The notes under the pieces are model-generated. The model made no database searches. It had not been told where the DNA came from and was given only the letters and a program-made list of their open reading frames with translations. Shown one piece after another: positions 12,095-20,216 of a stretch of 64,000 bases of DNA. The position numbers and the translations under genes are program-made. The first letter of the stretch is position 1; every line of letters starts with the position of its first letter. Source of the DNA: Candidatus Latescibacterota bacterium (GTDB taxonomy: Bacteria > Latescibacterota > UBA2968 > UBA8231); contig CBDFJF010000001.1 of the NCBI GenBank assembly GCA_965248265.1, positions 3,072,001 through 3,136,000 of the forward strand, in the 5' to 3' direction.

Positions 12095-13822
12095 TCAATG
12101 GGGCACCTGCTCGACCTGCAGAGTACGCAGCCGGTTGATGGCCGCCGCCAATTCGTGCGCTCTGAAAGCCGCGCGATCCCCCAGCGGCGATTCTTCGAGC
12201 GCATCCAGTCCTGCTGAGTCGATATCCGCCAGCACCCGATCCAGGATCTGCCGCACGGTGGCTGATTCATCCATGTAGCGGTTGCGCGCATACACCATTG
12301 CCGCGGCGAGAGCCCGGGTCTGGCTCGAGTCGACGAGTTGCTCGACGGCTGACAAGTCGATGGTCTGGGTGCCAAACTGTATCGTTCGACGACCACGGGC
12401 CACGACTTCGACCTCACGCCGGCCCCTGCGCGGATCAATGCTCTGGCGAATCGGAGTACGCTCACACGTTGAACCCAAGGGGCCGCTATGCTCGATCACA
12501 CGGGGGTAGGCAGAGGCGGCGGCTATTGCGAGCGCCGGCTCGGTCAGATCGCGCGCGGTGTACTGCTCCATGCCGATGACGGTGTCGGCGACGGCGAAAT
12601 AGTCGCCGCTGCCTCCCATGACGAGGATGGTGGAAACGTCACGCTCCTGGTACAACTGCCGGACCCTGTCGACGAAGGGGACGATCGGCTCCTGTTCCGC
12701 GGACACCAGCTGCTGCATGCGCGCGTCGCGAATCATGAAGTTGGTCGCAGATGTGTCTTCGTCAAGCAGCAGCAGCCGACAATCGCATTCCAGGGCTTCG
12801 GAGATGTTGGCCGCCTGCGAGGTCGAGCCCGAAGCATCCTGCGTCGTAAAGCAGTCCGTGCTTCCACCGAACGGCAGGTCTCGGACGAAAGCGGAGATAT
12901 CGACTCCGGCAACCGCCCTGCCGTCTTCGGCCCGAATCTTGACGGCACTAGGGTCTGTAACGACGCGTTCACGTCCGTCTCCGGGAACATGATCGTACAC
13001 GCCGCGCTCGATGGCCCTCAGCAGCGTCGACTTGCCATGAAAGCCGCCGCCGACCATCAGGGTAACTCCGGACGGGATACCCAAGCCGCGGACAAGACCT
13101 GCGTGTGGAAGCTCGAACTCCGCGCGAAGGCTTGTTGGGGATTGAAAGGGCACGACCGGGCCGCCACCATCGGTCAGCGGGCAGTCGTCGATGCCGCTGC
13201 GCCGGGGCAGGATACTACCATCACCCACGAAAGCGACGAGCCCCGAGCCGGCCAGCTGTTGACGCAGGCTTTCGGCATCCTCACCGGTCTGGATGTAGCG
13301 CTCAATCAGGTCGGCATCGTTGGACCGATAGCGCAGACTGGTGCGTACAATGTCCGGGACACGGTCGCACAACAGTTGTGCAGCCGCCGTCCCCAGGATC
13401 CGACGGCCAGCAGCCGGCAGTCCGACGGTGAAGCGGGCTTCGACCAGGCCGGCGTCGATCTGGATGCAGGTCCGTTCGAGGATCTGCTGACCGGGCATGT
13501 CAATTTCGATCTGGCCGCTTTTTCCCGAACCAGTCCGTTCCAGCTGAGCACCGGCGGCGGCGCGACCGAATTCCCCAGCAAGGTAGGTAGCCAAAGCCCG
13601 ACGGCGACTTGGCCGGTCGTAGGTGCTGGCTGGATAGGCACCGGTACCAGGATCAACGCGAACTCTCAACCGGCTGGGCGCTGCGAAGGGATCACCCTGT
13701 ACGTGATCGACAATCAGACTGAAGTCACCGAATGAGTAGGAGCCCTTTATGTCTTTGTAGGCTTTGTAACCGCGGCCGTCGAGTCGGTGAAGAGTCTTTC
13801 GTAGATCTTCCGCCTGCTCCAC
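12095..13822 (-). CDS. Stand-alone ABC-class ATPase domain protein (ABC_ATPase family)
   Basis: LDGRGYKAYKDI, DHVQGDPFAAPS, Walker A GGGFHGKST, KIRAEDGR, ASGSTSQAA, LLLDEDTSATNF. Start GTG 13822; the longer ORF-track extension overlaps the divergent gene. Confidence 0.88.
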   Translation of the reverse strand: MEQAEDLRKTLHRLDGRGYKAYKDIKGSYSFGDFSLIVDHVQGDPFAAPSRLRVRVDPGTGAYPASTYDRPSRRRALATYLAGEFGRAAAGAQLERTGSGKSGQIEIDMPGQQILERTCIQIDAGLVEARFTVGLPAAGRRILGTAAAQLLCDRVPDIVRTSLRYRSNDADLIERYIQTGEDAESLRQQLAGSGLVAFVGDGSILPRRSGIDDCPLTDGGGPVVPFQSPTSLRAEFELPHAGLVRGLGIPSGVTLMVGGGFHGKSTLLRAIERGVYDHVPGDGRERVVTDPSAVKIRAEDGRAVAGVDISAFVRDLPFGGSTDCFTTQDASGSTSQAANISEALECDCRLLLLDEDTSATNFMIRDARMQQLVSAEQEPIVPFVDRVRQLYQERDVSTILVMGGSGDYFAVADTVIGMEQYTARDLTEPALAIAAASAYPRVIEHSGPLGSTCERTPIRQSIDPRRGRREVEVVARGRRTIQFGTQTIDLSAVEQLVDSSQTRALAAAMVYARNRYMDESATVRQILDRVLADIDSAGLDALEESPLGDRAAFRAHELAAAINRLRTLQVEQVPH

Positions 13823-13861
13823 TAGGGAAATCTCGAGGTATTGGGTAAATAGAAGGAGTTG

Positions 13862-13877
13862 TATAATTAGGAATATG
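13862..13877 (+). promoter_or_regulatory. Putative -10 box (TATAAT) 7 nt before ATG, possible leaderless transcript
   Basis: TATAAT at 13862-13867 in an AT-rich divergent spacer; ATG at 13875. Confidence 0.45.
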
Positions 13878-15350
13878 AACACGACCGGAGCAATCGACCT
13901 CACCGCATCATCGCTACCTGGCCCGAACCCCGAACTGCTGGAAGCCCAGGCTCGCGTCTGCACCGGTCCGCACCAGGCGCGTCCGTTGGGTGTGCGCGAG
14001 GGCGACCCGCAACCGGAACACATCATCGCACTCATACTCCAGTCATCTCGGGGTGAACTGCCCTGGGATGAGCGGGTCTCGACTGCGCAGATGGGTGCCT
14101 TTTTCGCGGCAATGACCATCCGGCGCGGATTCGCGGCCGCAACCAATTGGAGTGCCGCCGAGCAGGCAGCCTTCGAGGCGAACGCAGAAGCGTTGCGGCG
14201 AGAACTCCCCAGCGACCTGCTGTTCCTGATGGAGCCGGATCGGGGATGTGAGGCAGTTGCCGTGGAGGAGGAGGCCGTAATTGATGGCCTCTCTCGGATC
14301 CTACGAGGAGAGCATCTGTCGCACGCTGCCACGCGCGCCGCCTGCGCTGCCATCCTCGACCAGGGAGTGCGCCCCTCCCTTGCAGCAGCTCTATTGATCG
14401 GGCAGCGGATGAACCTGGAGACCTACGACGAACTGCGCGGCCATCTCGATGCCATGCGCCCAGCCGATGCTGCCGTGCCCCTGTCGGTGCCGGTGTTGAC
14501 ACACTTCGGCCAACCCTACGATGGCAGCCGCCGCTACCTCCATGCGGGTGTATTTGCAGCAGCCGTGCGCGCGGCTGGGGGACACCCCTCGGTCCTGCAC
14601 GGAGTCGAGGAGCTGGCTCCCAAACGCGGCATTACCCAGGAACAGATTCTCAATGCGCTCGGAGCTCGTACCGATCTGACGTTGCAGCGCGCGGGGCAGC
14701 TCATCGAGGATGAGGGCATCGGCTTCGCCTACGTCAGTCAGCGGGAGTATGCTCCGGCCGCTTACCGGCTGCGTGAGTTGCGCGCTCACATCGCCAAACG
14801 CCCCACCTGGGCGACGGTGGAAAAGGCGCTGCAGCTGTTCAGCGCCACTCAGGCCGATCATATGATCGTCGGCTATTACCACGCCGGCTACGAACAACGG
14901 CTACTCAGACTCATGTGGGAGCGCGGTTTTCAATCCGGCATCGTCGTCAAGGGCGAGGAGGGCAGCTGCAACTATTCGCTGCGCGCGGGCAAGCCCTCAA
15001 CCGATGACCGCAAGGCGATCAACTACACGCAAGGTTTCCGGCGCGACGCCGGCGGGCGGATCGATTTCGCCGTCGATGTAGATCCAGCAGCATTAGGCTT
15101 GGAGTACGAGCAGAATCCAAGACCCGACGAGGTCACGGCAACCGCATGGGCGCAAGCCGGGGTACGCGCGATCTCGGGAGAACGTGGGCCGACTTTTGAT
15201 GGCATAGTCCTCAACGCGGCCATGCCGCTGGTGTGGACGGGCGTCTTCGCTGACGCGGAGCCGGGTATCGCCTGGGCGCAGGACATCATCGCTGCCGGTG
15301 CTGCATTACAGCATCTGAAGGGATACATCAGCGCGAGCAAGTCCGGCTAG
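13875..15350 (+). CDS. Anthranilate phosphoribosyltransferase-like protein (glycosyltransferase family 3, YbiB/TrpD2-like, plant type)
   Basis: VSTAQMGAFF helical domain, then a second helical unit (AALLIGQRMNLET), PYDG, VLHG, KGEEG. Lacks the canonical TrpD GTGGD and KHGN motifs. Confidence 0.8.
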   Translation: MNTTGAIDLTASSLPGPNPELLEAQARVCTGPHQARPLGVREGDPQPEHIIALILQSSRGELPWDERVSTAQMGAFFAAMTIRRGFAAATNWSAAEQAAFEANAEALRRELPSDLLFLMEPDRGCEAVAVEEEAVIDGLSRILRGEHLSHAATRAACAAILDQGVRPSLAAALLIGQRMNLETYDELRGHLDAMRPADAAVPLSVPVLTHFGQPYDGSRRYLHAGVFAAAVRAAGGHPSVLHGVEELAPKRGITQEQILNALGARTDLTLQRAGQLIEDEGIGFAYVSQREYAPAAYRLRELRAHIAKRPTWATVEKALQLFSATQADHMIVGYYHAGYEQRLLRLMWERGFQSGIVVKGEEGSCNYSLRAGKPSTDDRKAINYTQGFRRDAGGRIDFAVDVDPAALGLEYEQNPRPDEVTATAWAQAGVRAISGERGPTFDGIVLNAAMPLVWTGVFADAEPGIAWAQDIIAAGAALQHLKGYISASKSG

Positions 15351-15373
15351 ATTTGGGCCACAACCAGTCACAC

Positions 15374-16042
15374 TCAGGTGGACCAGATGCCGATGTCCAC
15401 CCGTTGCTCGTCGAGGTAGGTGCGGATAGCGGTGAACGATTTGCGGAAGACATCTAGAATGGGCGCAGGGTAGGAGGCGAAGGCTTGTGGTGTGATGGCC
15501 ATTTCGACGTGGCGCCCGGGATCCTGACCGAATCTTGCTCTGCCCAGCACGGTCGTTGATCCGGGGTCGGGTCCCAACAGACCGCCGACATCATCCAAGG
15601 ACACCAAAACAAAGCCGCTGACCTCCGGGTTGAAATCGAGCTGCATGATGTCAACCGGGTTGTGGTACAGGTAGAAGTGCTGCACCACACGCTGGCAGGA
15701 GCCCTGCGGATTGACGAGCGGTCCGCACCCGAGATAAATCAGAGCATCCGGTTTACACTGTAACCCGGCTTCTTCTTCGAGTTCGCGGGCGGCAGCGAGC
15801 CGATGACCCTCAGCGGCCTGCACATGGCCGCCGGCCAGTGCATCGAGGCTGTCGATGAACGGATCCCCCGGCCGCGCCCGTTGTTGCAGCAGCAACAGAG
15901 GGCACCCATCGCCGTCGAGCCAGGCACACCACACGAATACCAGCCAGTGCCAGTCGCCATCCGAGTGAACCTGTTGCCGTGATTTAGTACCAAGCTGGTG
16001 TCCCGCTTCGTCGAAGTAAGCCAGCTGTTCGTGGTCGCTCAT
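15374..16042 (-). CDS. Nudix hydrolase, IPP-isomerase-like
   Basis: VHSDGDWH, LLLQQR, Nudix box GGHVQAAEGHRLAAARELEEEAG. Start ATG 16042. Confidence 0.82.
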   Translation of the reverse strand: MSDHEQLAYFDEAGHQLGTKSRQQVHSDGDWHWLVFVWCAWLDGDGCPLLLLQQRARPGDPFIDSLDALAGGHVQAAEGHRLAAARELEEEAGLQCKPDALIYLGCGPLVNPQGSCQRVVQHFYLYHNPVDIMQLDFNPEVSGFVLVSLDDVGGLLGPDPGSTTVLGRARFGQDPGRHVEMAITPQAFASYPAPILDVFRKSFTAIRTYLDEQRVDIGIWST

Positions 16043-16062
16043 TTTTGTCAGCGATCCAGCAC

Positions 16063-16887
16063 TCACACTAGTGCCGCACTCACGAACTGCAAGAGGAAGG
16101 CAGCGACGGTAAGCACAACGCAAGCGCCTGCTGCGATGTAGGTCCCAAGACCTTCGCGACTGCCCGGATTCCTGCTGAACAGGTAGGAAACTGCGTAGCC
16201 GCCGATGAAGCCACCAGCATGGGCCCAATTATCGACGCCGCTCATGATGAAACCGAACACGAACAGCAACACCGCCCATTGCAGGAATTGTCGCGTGAAC
16301 AGCGTACTGCCTGTCCTGCGGCCATAGACGATGGCGGCTGCCAGCAGGCCGAAGATGGAGCCGGACGCACCGAGGCTGCTGCGCGGAAAGCCGACCGAGC
16401 CCGGGGCGATCAGTGTCGAAAACAGAAAACCGACGACACCGGCCACGGTAAAGATGACGAACAGCCTGAAAGGGCCGTAGAGTTCCTCGACCAGTGGACC
16501 CAGTTGGCGTACCCACATCATGTTGAAGAAGATGTGAAGGAGTCCGCCATGAAGGTATATGGCCGTGATCAAGGTCCACCACCGGCCCTCGACGAAAGCA
16601 AAGTAGTAGCCCGTCATGCCCATCAAGTAACTCGACTTTATGCTCGGTGCCAGCAGGCTCATCAATCCATTGACCTGGAAGACGGCGCTGATATCGAGGA
16701 GCAAGCTGATGGCGAAGAGGCCGACGCACAGGAGGGTGATCATGTGCGGGAAGTCGATCCGCAGCCCAAGGCGGCGGAAGAGGGTGGTCAAGCCCCACAG
16801 TCCGGGCCGCGCCTGGCCGCAAAAAGGACAGCGCGGTTCGTCACTGCTGATGAGCTTGCGACAACTGGGGCACAGAATGGCCGCCAC
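16063..16887 (-). CDS. Rhomboid intramembrane serine protease with N-terminal Zn ribbon
   Basis: CPSC...CPFC N-terminus, H..LLHIFFN, GASG catalytic Ser, AHAGG catalytic His; AGGAG SD. Confidence 0.92.
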   Translation of the reverse strand: MAAILCPSCRKLISSDEPRCPFCGQARPGLWGLTTLFRRLGLRIDFPHMITLLCVGLFAISLLLDISAVFQVNGLMSLLAPSIKSSYLMGMTGYYFAFVEGRWWTLITAIYLHGGLLHIFFNMMWVRQLGPLVEELYGPFRLFVIFTVAGVVGFLFSTLIAPGSVGFPRSSLGASGSIFGLLAAAIVYGRRTGSTLFTRQFLQWAVLLFVFGFIMSGVDNWAHAGGFIGGYAVSYLFSRNPGSREGLGTYIAAGACVVLTVAAFLLQFVSAALV

Positions 16888-16990
16888 GCGTCAACTCCTG
16901 AAAGCTGAATGATGAAGAGCCGTGTCTGTCAATATAGACCGAGCGACTGCTGACCTCCACGAGACCTCTGGCGTCAGCCGTCGCGGTCCC

Positions 16991-17006
16991 TATACTGACA
17001 GCCATG
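16991..17006 (+). promoter_or_regulatory. Putative -10 box (TATACT) 7 nt before ATG, possible leaderless transcript
   Basis: TATACT at 16991-16996, ATG at 17004, no SD in between. Confidence 0.45.
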
Positions 17007-17765
17007 CGACCTATCATACTCGGTGCCGGCAGGGGCAGCCGTTTGAACGCCATGACCACAGATCAGCCCAAGCCCTATGTGCGGATCGATGGTCGACGCA
17101 TTCTGAACTGGGTGTTGGACTCGCTGCTTGCCGCCGGCCTCCAGCGACCGGTCTTTGTCGGCGGTTACCAGATCGACCTCATCCGGTCCGACTACAGCTT
17201 CCTGGATTTTTGTCACAACGAGCGCTGGGAGAGCACGAACATGCTGGCCTCCCTGTTCTGCGCCGAGGAGCACATGGAGGGTGGCTTTGTCTGCACCTAC
17301 GCCGATATCCTTTACCGGCCCAGCGTGGTACGTCGGGCGCTTGAGCATCCGGCCGATATCGTCCTGTGCGTGGACGTCGACTGGCGAGCCCGCTATGCCG
17401 ATCGCAGTCAGCATCCTGAAGACGATGCCGAGAAGGTTCAGGCACAAGAGGACTTGGTGCACGAGATCAACCGCTCAATGCCTTCCGATCAGGCCAGCGG
17501 TGAATACATCGGGGTAGCTCGTTTCTCGGCTGCCGGAGCACAGTGGCTTCGCGAGCACTATCACCGCTTGCGAGAGCGCTTCGAAGGGGTTACCTGGCGC
17601 GACGGCCGTACCTTCGAGCATGCTTACCTGATCCATTTGTTCCAGGAGATGATAGAGAGCGGCGTCCCCTTTCACATGGTGACGACGGAGGGTGGTTACA
17701 TGGAAGTGGACACGGAGGAAGACTATGCCCTTGCCAACCAGATCTGGCCACAAAGCTGGGAGTAA
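17004..17765 (+). CDS. Nucleotidyltransferase, LicC/PntC (phosphocholine/phosphonate cytidylyltransferase)-like
   Basis: IILGAGRGSRL...PKP, TNMLASL, YADI, GEYIG, EVDTEEDY. Confidence 0.8.
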   Translation: MRPIILGAGRGSRLNAMTTDQPKPYVRIDGRRILNWVLDSLLAAGLQRPVFVGGYQIDLIRSDYSFLDFCHNERWESTNMLASLFCAEEHMEGGFVCTYADILYRPSVVRRALEHPADIVLCVDVDWRARYADRSQHPEDDAEKVQAQEDLVHEINRSMPSDQASGEYIGVARFSAAGAQWLREHYHRLRERFEGVTWRDGRTFEHAYLIHLFQEMIESGVPFHMVTTEGGYMEVDTEEDYALANQIWPQSWE

Positions 17766-17768
17766 GCG

Positions 17769-18857
17769 ATGTCCACGGTGAAGGACTACGGCACCCTGTT
17801 TCCGACCGGGGTCGTCGGCTCTCTTCCTCGTTCAGCCTTCGTTCGCGATCTGATAAGCGGAGAGGCAGGTGGCGACGGTTTGCGAGAGGCATCCCTGGAT
17901 GCGGCCGTTGCCTACGCCGTAGGTCTGCAGGAGGCCGCGGGATTGGATATCGTTACAGACGGCGAGTGGCGCCGCACCTCCTACATCGGAGTGATCGCCG
18001 AGCTCGCTCATGGATTCGAGACGGGAGTCAATCCAGCGGACGGCCGTCCATGGACGACGGTTACTGCACCCGTGGCTCCAAAGAGTGCGGGGTTCGTTGC
18101 TCGCGAAGCGCAGTTCCTCAAGAGCGTCACCCGAGTCAGGACGAAAGCGACTCTGCCGGCGCCGGCGTTGCTGGGGGAGCGCATGTGGGATCCGGAGCGG
18201 TCCGCGAGCGCCTACCCCGAGCGCAACGACTTCGTGCGCGCCTGTGTTCCCATCCTGCGCACAGAGGCCCAGCTACTGGTTGAGGCCGGTGTGGATGTAC
18301 TGCAGATCGATGACCCTCACCTGTGTCTGTTCGTCGATCCCGAGGTCTGTGGCCAGTACGATGACGGTGGTGCCAGCGAGGCGGCCTTCAGCGTGGAGAT
18401 GAACAACGCCGTACTGGATGGGTTGGGAAGTAGCAGCACGGTGCGCCGGGCGGTGCATTTGTGCCGACGTGCCGGTGCCAGGGTGCGTGGTGAGGCCTGC
18501 TTCGCCGGAGGCTACGAGACTATCATCGAGCACCTCAACTCGTTGCAGGTCGATCAGCTGACGATGGAGTTTACTTCACCAGGCGCCGGTGAAATCGCCG
18601 CTCTTCGGGGTTTGCGCCCGGACCTCGAAATCGGCCTGGGCTGTGTCAGTGTACACCCAGGTCAGGTGGACGAGGCCAGCACCATCGTCGAGCGGGTCGA
18701 GGAAGCTCTCCAGGTCGTCGACGTGGATCGGATTCTATTGAATCCGGATTGCGGCTTTGCCCCGGGTTCAGCTGCGCGCGTCGATCTCGACGAGGTCTAC
18801 GTCAAGTTGAAGAACCAGACCGAGGCTGCTCGCCGGTTACGCGAGCGCCATGGTTGA
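17769..18857 (+). CDS. Cobalamin-independent methionine synthase II family (single-barrel core MetE-like Zn enzyme)
   Basis: VVGSLPR, GLDIVTDGEWRR, LQIDDP; Zn ligands HLC, E (MEF) and NPDCG. Confidence 0.88.
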   Translation: MSTVKDYGTLFPTGVVGSLPRSAFVRDLISGEAGGDGLREASLDAAVAYAVGLQEAAGLDIVTDGEWRRTSYIGVIAELAHGFETGVNPADGRPWTTVTAPVAPKSAGFVAREAQFLKSVTRVRTKATLPAPALLGERMWDPERSASAYPERNDFVRACVPILRTEAQLLVEAGVDVLQIDDPHLCLFVDPEVCGQYDDGGASEAAFSVEMNNAVLDGLGSSSTVRRAVHLCRRAGARVRGEACFAGGYETIIEHLNSLQVDQLTMEFTSPGAGEIAALRGLRPDLEIGLGCVSVHPGQVDEASTIVERVEEALQVVDVDRILLNPDCGFAPGSAARVDLDEVYVKLKNQTEAARRLRERHG

Positions 18858-18866
18858 TGTCTCCAA

Positions 18867-20192
18867 TCATCTATCAACGTGCCCTCTTGCCCGTCGTTGC
18901 CACACGCGCAGCTGTGCCATCGTAGGCATCCGGCCTGTTTCCGTTGTCGCGGAGAGGCGTTCGGACAACTCTGCAGTGGAGTAGCCAACGAGGTCTCCGA
19001 CGGACGTTACGCCCGCTCGTACCAGGGCATTGCCGTGCTCGGTTCCGATCCCCTGATGCAGATATAGGCCGGTCAGTCGCTCGATCCGCTTTTGTTGCGA
19101 CGAGTCCAACTGTTCGGACAGCGTTCGCCACTTCTGAGTTGACCCCGGTCCCCTCAGCTGAGTCAAATAGACGATTCCGTTATCCTCAAGTCGCCGTCGT
19201 ACATCGGCGTCCAGAGACTCAACCTGAGACACACGTGGTGTCATCGAGGCCACCGTCCAGGATTCGACGCCGAAGAACACGAACACGCTGAATATTCCTC
19301 CGAAAACCAAGGCCAGGGATTGGTGGCTCCCGTTCAGAGACGGTTTCTGCTGTGAGAATTCCCCAAAGGCCGGAGCCAGGCGGTGCCAGACCAACAGGCG
19401 GTAGGTACAGGCGCATTCCACGGCGAAGGGAGGGAAGCCGATGAAGCCGGCCAGGGGCATCTCGAAGAGCTTGAGCTCGTCGAAGAAGGGCACGGTGTAA
19501 ATCCACTTGGCTCGCGCCCAATAGTTGAAGAACTCCCAGCACAGGCCAGCTATCATGCCCGCCAGAAGCATGCGCACGGTCGGTCCGTATTCACCTCGCT
19601 CAAGCTGTCGCAACAGGCCGTCGATGCCACGCCGGTAGTTGATCGGCGCGACAAAGAGGATGGCGGATCCCCATACCAGTGCGAAGAAGAGCTGTGGCTT
19701 CAGCATCGGCAGCACCAGAAACAATACTCCGGCGACTTGCAACAGAACGAGTTGGCGAGCGGAGAAGACGAGAGCGGGACCCCGAATGCGTCGACCCAGC
19801 CGCAACAGGGACAACGTATGTCCAATCCAGAAGATCCCGGGAAACACGGTACCGAAGGCGATGAACGTGCCGACGAGTCGGATCACTGCCGAATCAGTCA
19901 CGAACACGTAGTACCAATTCTGCAGGCGAAAATTCAACATCTCAAAGAAAAACCAGACCACGGCTGACCAGAACAGTATCAGGCCGAATCCGCGCAAACC
20001 GCAACGGCCGATCAGTGAGGTGCCTTCGATCTGGTGGATGATGCGGTCGAGGGAGAAGATGAGGCCGTACCAGGCGACCAGGTAGAAATGCGTCGACACC
20101 GGCTCGCTCTGCATCAAGGTCAAAGCAAACGCCGCAGCAATCACCAGGGGTCCGGCAGCAAGGAGGACCATTCCGAGGGCTGGATGCTGCAT
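18867..20192 (-). CDS. Multi-pass membrane protein with C-terminal DUF4332-like HhH region
   Basis: About 9 hydrophobic segments (WEFFNYW, EMPLAGFIGFPPF), then GIGTEHGNALVRAGVTSVGDL...MPTMAQLRVW. Confidence 0.7.
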   Translation of the reverse strand: MQHPALGMVLLAAGPLVIAAAFALTLMQSEPVSTHFYLVAWYGLIFSLDRIIHQIEGTSLIGRCGLRGFGLILFWSAVVWFFFEMLNFRLQNWYYVFVTDSAVIRLVGTFIAFGTVFPGIFWIGHTLSLLRLGRRIRGPALVFSARQLVLLQVAGVLFLVLPMLKPQLFFALVWGSAILFVAPINYRRGIDGLLRQLERGEYGPTVRMLLAGMIAGLCWEFFNYWARAKWIYTVPFFDELKLFEMPLAGFIGFPPFAVECACTYRLLVWHRLAPAFGEFSQQKPSLNGSHQSLALVFGGIFSVFVFFGVESWTVASMTPRVSQVESLDADVRRRLEDNGIVYLTQLRGPGSTQKWRTLSEQLDSSQQKRIERLTGLYLHQGIGTEHGNALVRAGVTSVGDLVGYSTAELSERLSATTETGRMPTMAQLRVWQRRARGHVDR

Positions 20193-20216
20193 GAGCAGAT
20201 CACCGTCCGCGAGGAC

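Noticed and set aside
13823-14353. N-terminal 177-aa extension of the ABC-class ATPase ORF
   Set aside because: It overlaps the divergent TrpD-like gene and the AT-rich promoter spacer; family similarity starts near GTG 13822.
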